From the NCBI RefSeq assembly GCF_009914755.1, contig NC_060930.1: DNA of 64,000 nucleotides; one strand, written 5' to 3'. The notes under the pieces were generated by a model. It did no database searches, had not been told where the DNA came from, and was given only the letters and a program-made list of their open reading frames with translations. This stretch comes from the human T2T-CHM13v2.0 reference genome, Homo sapiens. Shown here piece by piece: positions 1 through 12,989 of this stretch (position 1 is its first letter; every line of letters begins with the position of its first letter). A program made the position numbers and the translations under genes.

Positions 1-269
1 TTACTGAAGATGTTTATAGCTGCTATTTAGGCCCAAAGAGTCAATTCTGGCCTCAGGGATCACAGGCTTTTCTGGGATGGAATTAGTAAGATAATTATGG
101 TTATTCCTACGCAGAGGGATAGGATAAAACATGCCTCCCAGAAAGACTGGTCTTGTGACACATAGAGGATAAATAAGAAGATAATAAAAATTGGAAGAAG
201 GGTAAAGAAGGGGCAGAAATAACAGAGCTGGCAGCTAACTCTTTGTGAAGGGCGAAATAGAATGAAGAG

Positions 270-545
270 TCATGACTGACTTCTAGATTTCTGGTCTGAG
301 TGCAGTGATGTCATTCATTGAGTTGGAAAAAAACACAAGGAGAAGTAGGTTTTTGGGCTGTGTTAACTTCATAGTAACTATAGGATAACCTACTGGATAT
401 TCTCACTAGGCAGCTAAATGCATGGTATAGAGCTCAGGAAAAATACCTGTGGAAAAAAAACTTAAAAAGTGGTGAAAGAATCCGAGGAAATGAAAGAAAG
501 CATGTGCAGGTAAACTGAGGCAGGGCAAGGACTAAGACTGCTACC
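270..545 (-). mobile_element. L2 LINE fragment in the 3' UTR
   Basis: Motifs ttctagatttctggtctgag...gtcattcattgag...ggagaagtaggttt...aggcagct...gagctcagga resemble antisense L2. Confidence 0.5.
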
Positions 546-2198
546 ATTTTATAAACCTCAAAAGCCTTCACTTCTGAAATGTTTTTTTCCAAAAAGCTTA
601 CGGCTCTTTGAGGATCCAATGAGTATACTAAAGTAGAGATTGCAAAGGCAAATGACTTCAAGACCGAGAATCTACAAAAAAAGATAAATAACTGGTTATA
701 ACAGGGACTAATTAAACTAGGGAAGGCATGTTCTGCCTAAGTCATTCGAGTTTTTTTTTGTTTTTCGTTTTTAATTCTGTTGGTGCCCAAGCAAAATACA
801 TCATCTACAAAGAGGACTTACTCAGCATGGCAGCCAGCTTGTGCCTCCAGAGTAAACGTCTATAAACCAACTTCTTGCAAATCATTCCCTGAACACAGAT
901 AGCCTGGATTGAAATCTCCTGGAGAGCACTGACCTTAACATCTACTTATATTTTCTTCCAAATCCAACACAGTGACCACAGAGAAGGCTACCTACCTCCT
1001 TTTAGGGACAGCCTGAAGATCTGCAATACTCACCAGATGCCTAAAGAAGAGGTTAAAACATTTCTGCCAATTCTTAGTAGGGTGAGACACACCTGCCCCT
1101 TGATGCCCTGCAGACATAACAGCTGTCTGCCAGTACTTCTCATAGAACTAATTCAGGGCATCATTATTTAGAATTCAGCAATGAAAGAGTGTGTTTCCTT
1201 TCTCTCTTCCAATGCAACTACACAACAACCCCTTAACATTGTAGAGATTGGAAAATCCTGGTTTTCAGGATTTTCAGGAAAATCTGAGAGCAATCTCTTT
1301 TTGGAAGCTCTCCACATTCCTGCGATCTTTTCTTTACATGCTTGGAGCATAAGGCCTTCTGGATCCAGAGCCAAGGACACAGTCAGGCTGTTTAAAGTAT
1401 TCTTCAGTTTGAAAAGAAATGGGCCCCGTACAAATGTGTGAATTTGGTGAAATTGCCTTTAACAACCTTACCAAATGTATCAATACCAGGTGAGCCTTTG
1501 TTCTGATCTCCATTTAAACCCCCTGCACAGCCTAGAGCAGTTGCATATGACATAATCTCTCCTCTCCTTAGTATCACAGCTTTATGCATCATCTTCTCCA
1601 AAAAGCAGCTTTTTGATAAAGGACTTGGCCACTTGGCTTTCTCTGATCTCCCAATGTAGTTCTTTTCCAGTTGTAAATGTGACCCAGCTACTAACAGAGA
1701 GAATCACTGAAAAATAGAACAGTGGTCATACAAAATTTCCTTTCCCAAATTTGGCATTTTTACATCTTTGTCCTTAACTAAACTCTCAGCAAAGCCCATG
1801 AGAATATCAATTTTCATGTGTAAATCCTCATGAAGTGCAAATTTGATACGCTCACACTACTGTAGGTTCTCAATAATGATTGAATTTAAACCATGAAATA
1901 AAATCCACTTGTAAAAAGCCAGGAAGTTGCCTTGTGGTTGGAAGGTAAGCTCTGACAGATCAGGGAGCAGGGTGTTGAACTGTCCCTTCAAATGCTACTA
2001 CAGGATAAAGAAATGCTTTTCTGTAACAGTGTGGAATTAAACTGTAGCTGACCAGACCTTTTCATGATCCCTTCTATAAGAGAAGCTCAAAGCATTGTGG
2101 GTGGTCAATCCAGAGAATGCTTAATAATAACCCCTGCTGGTATAAGTCAGTATTACACCATTATCAAGTTGTTAAAATCAGGCTTAAGTTAAAAACTG

Positions 2199-2211
2199 GT
2201 AAATAATTAAC
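2199..2211. promoter_or_regulatory. HNF1-type site GTAAATAATTAAC
   Basis: One mismatch to the palindromic consensus GTTAATNATTAAC. Confidence 0.4.
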
Positions 2212-2433
2212 AAGTGCCATTATTTGCCTAGCATTGAACTAGGATCATGATAGCTGCAAAATATGTATGAGACATTTTTCAGTCTGTAAGCATTTATATG
2301 ACTGTTTTCCATTTTAAAGTTGAAAAAGGGATTCAGAGTCCACATTCTCTCTTCTTAGTTGTCCCAGCAGGACAGTCCTCACTTCCCCAGCTTATTATCC
2401 AGAAATACTGGGAACATTCTGCCTTTCAGGCCA

Positions 2434-2441
2434 AATGCCCC
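2434..2441 (-). promoter_or_regulatory. miR-365 7mer-m8 seed match (GGGCATT) in the proximal 3' UTR
   Basis: The + strand reads aatgccc at 2434-2440, complementary in the mRNA to miR-365 nt 2-8 (AAUGCCC). Confidence 0.4.
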
Positions 2442-2453
2442 CAACTTCCCTGA

Positions 2454-2893
2454 TCACAGTTGCTCCTGAATAGTTTCCGGGTGTACTGAATGAAGGCAGA
2501 ATGCCTCAGTGGCCCCGCAGGAGGCTTTCTTCTCTCGGGAAAGCCCCAAGCTGCCACTTTGCTTACTCAGCCGACTTTGCCCTGGCAACTGCTGCCTCTC
2601 TTGTCTGAAGTCTGGGCATAGCAGCAGCAGCTGATTTTGGCCTGCCAGCTGGTATCTGAGCAACTGCTCTTGGCCCTCCTTCCAGTTCCCAGTCTCTTGC
2701 AGGTACACCTGCTGAGCAGGAGCACCTGGAGCACAGATGTGCCCATGGGATGTGATGCCAGTAGTACCAGGAGCAGGCACAGCAGCCTCTTCCTCTCGGA
2801 CAATGTGGCGGCTAACTTTCCTTCTGGACACTCCATTCATCAACTGGTGGGGGCACTGGTTCACCTTGCCCAGCATGACCTTCATTCTCATAT
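2454..2893 (-). CDS. PKHD1: Fibrocystin exon 67, coding part (terminal exon; cytoplasmic tail)
   Basis: Acceptor ttttccccccAG|ATATG at 2894/2893, TGA stop at 2456-2454. Matches ORF 2454..2891 [10 protein letters not shown]...ETIQEQL. Confidence 0.97.
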
Positions 2894-3172
2894 CTGGGGG
2901 GAAAAGAAATAGGGGAAGAAATGGATTTAGTTTTCAACCAGTTAATTACACATTTTGCATACTTAGCATTTCTGACAAGATATTGTCAAATCAAAGATTG
3001 AATTACATCAGCTCTTTGATTTCCAAATATCTTTTATCAGACACTCCAAATATGTAATAAAAAATTGGTAATACTTCTTCCTCAAAAAATACTTACATGA
3101 TGTTGATAATTGAATGAGGATTTTTCATGTAAGCGCTAGGCTTCAATGCAAAAACCAGACCATGGTCAGGCC

Positions 3173-3248
3173 TTACCAACTGGCCAACTCACACTTACCA
3201 ACAGGCCAACTTACCAACAGGCCAACTTACCAACAGGCCAACTCACAC
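3173..3248. repeat. Minisatellite, 4 copies of TTACCAACAGGCCAAC (copies 1 and 4 followed by TCACAC)
   Basis: Read directly; one substitution in copy 1. Confidence 0.9.
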
Positions 3249-4150
3249 CTGTGTTAAGAGATATGAACTATAAAAACCAGTCCTATCTAATACTTAGGCT
3301 CTTATACCAAGTTCACAATGTAAATATCTTTGGTATTATAAAAACATGAATATAAATATTTGCAGAAATAATCACATAAACATCTATGTATATGAGTGTG
3401 TACATGTATGGTTGCATAACAGTAGAAAGAGAGATGGCACATTACACTCAAGTCACAAAATTAGGCCCAAGTTCCCCTTCTCCTGCTATCTGGCTTCATG
3501 ACTTTCATCCTTTCAGCCTCTCTGGGCTTTAGTTGCATAATTTAATTTATTCTCAGGTGCTACTTCAAAATTTACTAAAATATATTTATTTTAACAATGT
3601 TGTTTTAATTGATTTCCTCTTTGACATTTTATTTGTCTCTTATTTTTCTATTAAACAGACCTAAACATCAACTCAGAAGAGTACAATATACATAAACAGA
3701 TGATCTAGGCACCATATAATACTGTGTAAAGATAAAGACTGCAATGGAAAGTTAAGAATGTTCAGTGGGATACATGCATGGGAGTATACCATGCATGCAA
3801 AGGTCACTATTCATATGCCTTACAGTGAGAAAAAGGTTGAACTTGTCCTAAACCCTGGGGGGTAGATGGTAATACTGTCATCTACTTTTACTACGTTTAC
3901 TGTCCCTGCTTTTCTCACATCTCACCACCAAATACATTAACCACGCATTTGTATGTATTGAAGATCCTTAACTTATTAAGCTTTTTGTTATTTTTTTCCT
4001 GAGTTCATTGAGAGCTGTCTTGGTTTGTGTTAGGAGATAGTAATCCTGTCTGATTCATACTATAAGAGACAGTATTGGGATAGACAATACCAATTTCCCA
4101 CTTCAATTTAATCTGGAAAATGAGGTAAGGATGAGAGAAAGTAATAACAT

Positions 4151-4188
4151 TATATATACATATATATATATATGTATATATATATATA
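4151..4188. repeat. (TA)n microsatellite, interrupted
   Basis: tatatatacatatatatatatatgtatatatatatata. Confidence 0.95.
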
Positions 4189-6099
4189 ATGCTTTTGATT
4201 TAGAGCAGTAAAAAAAGATAATCATGTTGTTCCTATTATTTCCATGACACATCTACTAATATTATGATAAGCCCATGTTATTCACATTTTCTGTCTCCTG
4301 TTCCACAGTCCATTTGTCTAGCATGTATCTTCTACAGCCATCAAACTATGGGATGATTCTCTTGCTTAGAGCTATAAGAACTTTCAGGTTACCCTAGTTT
4401 TCCTAAGGAACCTGCAGCTCCTTCCAGAAGTGTTTCTTCACAGCTCAAACTACATTGATTTATGCCTCAATACTTGTCTGGAGTTTCTCATTTGACCTGC
4501 ACAGTTGCTTCTATTATTAGTCACCTTTCCTTATGTAACAGTCTCATCTTCCTCTTAGGAATTTGAGTTCCTTCAAGGAAGAAATGTTTGTGTGCCGTCA
4601 ACCTTGCTCCCTCATTATGCCCAGTCCTCTGCCAAGCACTGAGCTGGGCATCATCTCCATAATTACTGCTCCCACCAGGTGGAAAAGACATAGTTTATCA
4701 GGATCAGCAAATAACCAAAGAACAAGAATAATAAATTATCAGGTAGAAGCAAACTTTAAAAAGACAAAAAAGGCTTTGAATTTTAATCCCTTGGTAAAAC
4801 CAATAGTGCTTCATACAAGAGGAATCAAACACTGCAAGTCGCCTATTTTCAACCCATTGAAGATACTGTTATCTTGTTTTTGAGAGACCTTCATTGGAAA
4901 TCTTTTCCCCCTTGTTCTTTAAGTCCGCATCTATTCATGAAAGACTAACACAAGCATAGCTTTCCTTTGCAGACCCCAAAACATTTAAAAATCTCCCATG
5001 AATTATTTACATGGCAGCTCCAATCAGCAACATACCTGACAGACTCCCCAGCCGAAATGAAAGTTCACTGTGTAAAGGTGCCCAGAGAGGCTGGCCACCT
5101 CCTACTATGAGGTTATAGACAGAACTAAGTCAGCACACATTATGTGTCAGCGCCGACATCAGAAGGAATCAAATCCTTTGATCTTGGACCTCCACAGGAA
5201 GCTTAGATCTCAGACAAATTAGATAAAAAATGAATTTATAGCAGATACGTGTCCTAAGGCATTCAGCTGAATGTTTGGGTTTTAGGGAAGGAAGGATAGT
5301 GAGTATCAAAACATATGAATTGTCATGCCTCCTTTCCACCTCTGCCTTGTTGATGAGTTCCCATTAAAATGAAAAGATGGGATTTTAAACTGTTCCTCCA
5401 TGCCTCTTAGAATCCCACTGGTGGATTTGATCAAGTTTTAGGGAAAATGGGATACAATATGGGGAACCTATATCTCTTCTCTATGGAAAGGAGGACTCAC
5501 TGGTTCTGGGTTCTTTCGGGTCCACCCACAGTCAGCTACAGCTTTTCCAGCTATCCTTAGCCTCTTCCAACTTCCAAAACTTTCTTGAGCAGCAAATATG
5601 CACTGTGCCTTTGACTTTTAAAATTTGTGTGGGTACTAGTCACTGGCTTCTTTTGCAATAAGAATATTAACAATGAATCTCCCCTCTCTCTCTCTACCTC
5701 CCCCTACCCTGTTCATATTTTTTGAGCCTAGTTCCATGTGCAACATTCAGTATTGGATGATCTGGATTCAGTACAGAAAGCCTGGACTTTTGAGCCTAAA
5801 CAGGATCTGAAGCAGAAGGATGAAAAACAGATCAACCAACAACAAGAATCAACCATCTTGGTTTCTCATTTGTCAATAATGGGCAATAGTCCTGCCCACA
5901 TATCAGGGAATGTATATGCCATAATTAAATACTAATGCTTCTATCTTCTCTAGAGAATTTGTTCCTTTATGTGAAAAATATTATTTCTTTTTAATAAGCA
6001 ATGTATGACAATTGAGGAGGCATAAAAATTAGAGAAAAATAAAAAGGAAAATGTCTGTAGTTGCACATTATATCATAAGTAATCTGCATTTTATTGTTT

Positions 6100-7420
<1,321 letters not shown>

Positions 7421-7424
7421 TTAT

Positions 7425-7592
7425 TCTTTTTTAATTTTTTTTAAGAGACTAGGGTTTTATTATGTTGCCCAGGTTGGAGTGCAGTGGATATTTTCATAGC
7501 TCACTGCAGCCTCAAACTCTTAGGCTCATGCAATCCTCCACCTCGGCCTCCTGAATAGTTGGAAATACAGGTGCATACCACCATACCAGGCT
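7425..7592 (-). mobile_element. FAM/FRAM-type Alu monomer
   Basis: Single Alu-like arm: tatgttgcccaggttggagtgcagtggatatt...gctcactgcagcctcaaactc... Confidence 0.8.
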
Positions 7593-8039
7593 CTTCATCT
7601 TATTCAGTGGGCATGCTGTTATTCCTGATTATTTTTTGAAGTTGTCTTGTGGGACAACTACTATATTTTATCCATGTTTTAAAATAGAAAATGTTCATTT
7701 TTTATTATATGACATGGACACATTATTTATCAATAATTTCCAAACATAGTTTTGCTTTCCTGAGAACTTGAGACAATTTCTAGTTCTCAGCTCCTTTGCT
7801 TCCAGATGAAGCTATCTCTGTCCTTTCCTATCCCTGTCATTCTCATGAAGCTAAAGCAGCCAGCAGAAAACTGTTAGGACCCCAAAAAAATGTGCATTCA
7901 TCATCCTTTTGTATAGTTGGTGAACTTGGATAAAATTTCTATTAATACATTTCTTTTAGAAGAAGGCAGGGGCGGGTCTTTTTTTTCCCCAGCAGTTGTA
8001 ATAACTACTGGAATCCAAAAGACCCTTGGATGTGAACAC

Positions 8040-8275
8040 ATATATAGCACACATAGTGTGCCTGAAATTGTTCTGTGCTCTTTACTGACACCAATTCACT
8101 TATTCTGTATAATAACCATAACTATGGCCAGTATCACTAGGGCCATGTTACTGATGAGGACACTGAAACACACGGAGAAATTAGTTCTCTTACTTGAGGC
8201 CACAAAGTCTGTCAACAGGGAGTCAGATTTAAACCCAGTCTGTTGGACTTCTGGGTTCTATGCTCTTAACTGTCA
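8040..8275 (-). mobile_element. MIR SINE
   Basis: Core gatgaggacactga...ttaaacccagtctg...tgctcttaac. Confidence 0.7.
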
Positions 8276-9484
8276 CACTCTCCTGATTCTCCAACTGACA
8301 ATGAGAATTCATTAAATCTTATGAGTAGAAGAGTGACATGAGCAGACATGGATTTAAAGAGGGCTTAGATGGCTCTTGATATCAAAAAACCTGGCAACAG
8401 TAAAATAGGAGGGATGTATACTTTACTATCTTCTTCCCCCATCACAACTTTCTAGCACCCTGACCGTACCATGCCATTTTTGGTAAAAGCTGTAATGTGG
8501 TAAATTTATAATCTGAATCTAGTAGTCATGCTCAGTTCCAACAGCTCAATAATCCTAAGTGCTATGGCAGTGCTTAGTGAAGGCAAAGTGCTGGAGAGAG
8601 AGAGACAGCCAGTCACTTTATCAGCAAATGTTAAAAGTTTAAAAACACAGAGGGAAAAGGGAAACTAAAGTGCCATGGCAATAATAGAATGAAACAAAAT
8701 TTATGTAAAGCTACCAATAAGTAGGTGTTTCATAGCTGGTAATAATTTCCAAAGAAAAGCAGGAGATGCTTCATTATTTGTCTTCAAAACGATACTCTTC
8801 AGATTTGTACAAAGCTTAGAAGATAAGGAAACAAATCTGCTGTGATCCCCAGAGGAGGATTCGGATAACACATTTTTCTATTTTTAACTTGTATGTCCTA
8901 ATAAAATGGCCTCTTTGATGCTCCCCTCTCTTCAATCTAAACTTTTCCACAGAGCCCTTTCCCTGTCTCATTCCTAATAATTTATTAATAAGCCACCACA
9001 TAAAAAAGTTCCTTAATAAAACAGTTAGGCACTGTGGACGGCATAATGTAGTTAATTTAAGCGGGCCACTGAAATGCACATAAATGGCCATATGAGATTA
9101 AGAGAGAGATTAGTACTGCTCCTGCCACTCTCTGCAGATGGCAGCTGAATACGAAGAGCTATTCAGATGGCAGCGTTCAAACACCTGTCCTGAGTTTACA
9201 TGCAATAATATGGTCAAGAGGCTTCTAAAAACCAAAATTAGAATAATCTTAGATGGAATCTTGAATAATTCCCATCCCCTTCTCTCTTTCTCTATTTATT
9301 TCAATAGCACTCCCAACCACACCCCCATACCCTCTACCACCTTCTGGTGCAGGTCCAGGAACTGGAGTATGGCTAACTAATACGATGGGAAAATTGAAAA
9401 AAACAAACAAACCTTTATTTCTTTCATGGAAAAATATACAAACAAGCAAACAAACTGATACACACTCATGCTCATGTGTGCATG

Positions 9485-9516
9485 CACACACACACACACC
9501 CACATAAACACACACA
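9485..9516. repeat. (CA)n microsatellite, interrupted
   Basis: cacacacacacacacccacataaacacacaca. Confidence 0.9.
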
Positions 9517-10368
9517 TGAAAGATCTCACTCAGCTACTTAGAGGCAGAATAACATTGGACTGCTATTTTTTGCTTAAACACGCATTCAGAACCACTAAGA
9601 TTGGTAAGCCTTTTCAAGCAGAAAATATGATAATTGACTCTTTGGAGTATATGTTTTAAAACGTTTCAGGCCCATGGAAATTATATGAATATTTTTCATG
9701 TATCATACCCATACTTGGCAAAGCCATCTTGTGCTCTGCCCAGTCTTCCTATTTGCAGCATTCTTAGTAGGACAAGGGCAAAGCATTCATCCCAGGCAAA
9801 TGCTTATCTTTTCTCTGTTTGGCACTAATTCTAATGGCAATTTAACAATATAACAAGTAATATCATCTGACATAACACACCATAGAGGCAAATACTACAT
9901 TTTGCTAAAAGTACAACTAAACAACAAAGCACAGCTTAACAAAGCTGACTCATTTGTCGAGGGTTCTGTACTCAATCTAATTTGCATAGTTGGTATTTGG
10001 CAACTGTACTCTTCTTTCCCAAATTCAATAATGTTGCCAAATTGGCAGCTTTGCAATAGCTAAAGGAAAGATTATATGCCTATACTCTGGTTTCCCCTTT
10101 CCTCTATGTAACAAACTCAAATGTTAAACCAATAATCTTCTACTAAAAACAATATAAATATCAATTCAAATAATTGGTGAATAGCTGAGTGAACCAGCCA
10201 GACCTGTGTATTTTTCTGCTGGGGTATAATTTCTTTGAAGGAAAGTAACAAAGACTAAGAAGGGGCTATAAACCAAATTGCTTCAGAGACAGAGCTGAAG
10301 GAGAGGGAGGCTCAGACCATCCACAGTGGGTCTCTCCTGTGGGGATCATCTCCACCCTCCAAGCTTAC

Positions 10369-10488
10369 CTTCTCCCACCACAGTGTCTTCTTTTTTGGGC
10401 CCTTGTGATTCTCGGCGTTTGGATGAGATGTGGATATGAATATTTTGATTATTAGTCCGGGATTCAGGAATCTCTTCAGGTTTTGTTT
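10369..10488 (-). CDS. PKHD1: Fibrocystin exon 66 (120 nt; cytoplasmic tail)
   Basis: Acceptor aatacAG|AAACA, donor GAAG|gtaagc. Translates (K)[39 protein letters not shown]. Confidence 0.95.
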
Positions 10489-10685
10489 CTGTATTAATGG
10501 AGAAGAAAAAGGATTTTTTTGTTCAGTTGTAAGTGGGACCATCAGCATTTAGGTGTTTCCCTTGTATGTACCCTTGTCCCAAAATTATCATACACATGCA
10601 ACAGAAAGCATATAACATATTCAGAGTTCAAGAAATAATGGCATAAAATCCTATATACTGACCACCAACTTTATGGTATAAAACT

Positions 10686-10931
10686 GTACTGTCTGATACA
10701 AATAGCAGACACATGTGGCTACTGATCACTTAAAATGTTACTAGTTAAATTGAGATGTATTGTAAGTATAATGTACACACTCAATTTTGAAAAAAAGTGT
10801 AAACTAACTAATGTTTTTATATTCATTACATGCTGGAATAATATTCTTGATATATTATGTTAAATGGCTACTAGAGAATTACATATGTGCCTTGCATATG
10901 TGGCTCATGTTATACTTCCGTAGGACAGAAC
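10686..10931. mobile_element. MER33/MER3-like hAT-Charlie MITE
   Basis: ctgtctgata...cacatgtggctactg...attgagatgtattgtaagtataa...catatgtggctcatgttatacttccgtaggacag, with inverted ends ctgtc.../...gacag. Confidence 0.75.
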
Positions 10932-11204
10932 TGATTAGCTAGTGACAGAATATTACTAATACTTTTTTTAACCTTTAATTTTGAAATGAGTATTGATTCA
11001 CAGGCAGTTGTCAAGAAATATACAGGGAGGATTCAAGCATCTTCACCCAGCCTTCTCCATTGTCAACAACCTGTGTAACTACAGTATGATATCAATACCA
11101 AAGAATTGAGACCGGTACAAGCCACCATACGCAAGATGAGGAGGGCTTTTAATAGAAGATTGTATATCTTCAGTCTATTCCTGGCTGAAGAGATACTTCA
11201 TCTT

Positions 11205-11410
11205 CTATTCATTTATTTAATAAATTCATTCATCTAAAATATATTTACATTCCTCATGTCAGGCACTGTTTAAGGCTCTGGGAATAATACAGTGAGTAAA
11301 AAAGATCTGATCCCTACCCTCACTGAGCTTTTATTCTAGTTTGGATGGCAGAGGACAAACAAATAAATTTGTAATATGGCAAAGTAATGCCATAACATGG
11401 CATGAAAAGG
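11205..11410 (-). mobile_element. L2 3' end
   Basis: tattcatttatttaataaattcattcat...tgtcaggcactgtttaaggctctgggaata...ccctaccctcactgagcttttattctag. Confidence 0.75.
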
Positions 11411-11436
11411 AGATAGTTATGGGTAGGAAATAGACC

Positions 11437-12880
11437 TTTTCTTTTTCTTTTTCAACTTTTATTTTAGGTTCAGGGGGTACATGTACAGGTTTGTTACAGG
11501 TAAATTGCATGTCACTGGGGTTTGGTGTACAAATGATTTCATCACCCAAGTAGTGAACATAGTACCAAATAGGCAGTTTTTCAACCCTTACCCCCCTCCC
11601 ACCTTCCCCACTCAAGTAGACCCTAGTCTCCATTGTTCCTCTCTTTGTGTCCATGTGAACCCAGTGTTTAGCTCCCACTTATAAGTGACAACATGCAGTA
11701 TTTGGTTTTCTGTTCCTGCATTAATTCACTTAGTTTAGTGTCCTCCAGCCACATCAATGTTGCTGCAAAGGATGCGATTTCATTCTTTTTATGGCTGCAT
11801 TCTATTCCATGGTATATATGTATCACATTTCCTTTATCCAGTACACTGTTGATGAGCATCTAGGTTGATTCCATGTCTTTGCTATTGTGAATAGTGCTGC
11901 AATAAACATTCAAATACATGTGTCCTTTTGGTAGACTGATTTATATTCTTTTGGGTATATACCCAGTAATGGGATTACTGAGTTGAAAACTTCTGTTTTA
12001 AGTTCTTTGAGAAATCTCCAAACTGTTTTGCATAGTGGCTGAACTAATTTACATTCCCACCAACAGTGTATCAGCATTCCCTTTTCTCCACAACCTCGCC
12101 AACATCTGTTACTGTTTTAACTTTTTAATAATTGCCATTCTGACTGGTGTGAGATGGTATCTTATTGTATACTAGACTTCAAACTATACTACAAAGGTAC
12201 AGTAACCAAAACAGAATGGCACTGGCAAAATAATAGAGACATAGACCAATGGAACAGGTGAGAGAACTCAATAATGAAGCTGCACACATACAACCATCTC
12301 ATCTTCAACAAAGCCAACAATAACAAGCAATTGTGAAAGGACTCCTTTTCAATAAATGGTGCTGGGATAGCTGGCTAGCCATATGCAGAAGAATGAAACT
12401 TGACCTTTTCCTTTCACTATATGCAAAATTCCACTTAAGATAGATTAAAGATTTAAATGTAAGACCCAAAACTGTAAAAACCGTAGAAAAAAACCTAAGA
12501 AATACCAATCTGGACATAGGCCTTGGCAAAGTTTTCATGTGAAGTCTCCAAAAGCAAATGCAACAAAAACATAAATAAAAAAAGTGGGACCGAATTAAAC
12601 TAAAGAGCTTCTTCACAGCAAAAGAAACTGTCAACAGAGTAAACAAACAACCTACAGAATGAGAGAAAACATTCACAAACTATGCATCTGACAAAGGCCT
12701 AATACCAGAATCTATAAGAACTTAAATCAAAAATCAAAAAAGCAAACAATCCCATTTAAAAAAAATGGGCAAAGGACGTGAACAGACACTTCTCAAAAGA
12801 AGACATACATGTGGCCAAAAGTATGTGAAAAAAATGCTCATCATCACTAATCATTAGAGAAATGCTAGTAAAAACCACAA
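11437..12880 (-). mobile_element. Old L1PA (about PA15-17) with 5' inversion: non-inverted 3' end 11437-12168 (-), inverted ORF2 piece 12169-12880 (+)
   Basis: The antisense 3' UTR/ORF2 end runs to gagatggtatcttattgt. Sense ORF2 then runs from actagacttcaaactatactac to aaaaccacaa, the L1 position abutting the start of the other piece. Confidence 0.9.
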
Positions 12881-12989
12881 GGTATACATTTTTTGGATAG
12901 GCATGATCAAGAAGGATATACCCTGAAATAAAATCACAGTAAAACAAAACAAAACAAAAAACCAAGAAGAAGAGAAAAAACAAAAGCCA

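Larger units (their letters stand above)
1..2453 (-). other. PKHD1: PKHD1 3' UTR (continues past the window start)
   Basis: Sequence following the stop codon in the terminal exon. The canonical UTR is several kb (from memory), so the main poly(A) site is probably outside the window. Confidence 0.85.

Noticed and set aside
2567-3057. Overlapping alternative-frame and antisense ORFs over exon 67
   Set aside because: Shadow ORFs of a GC-richer coding exon, with no separate splice or start context.
3168-3248. CRISPR-like array
   Set aside because: The repeats are directly tandem with no unique spacers, there are no cas genes, and the context is human intronic DNA.
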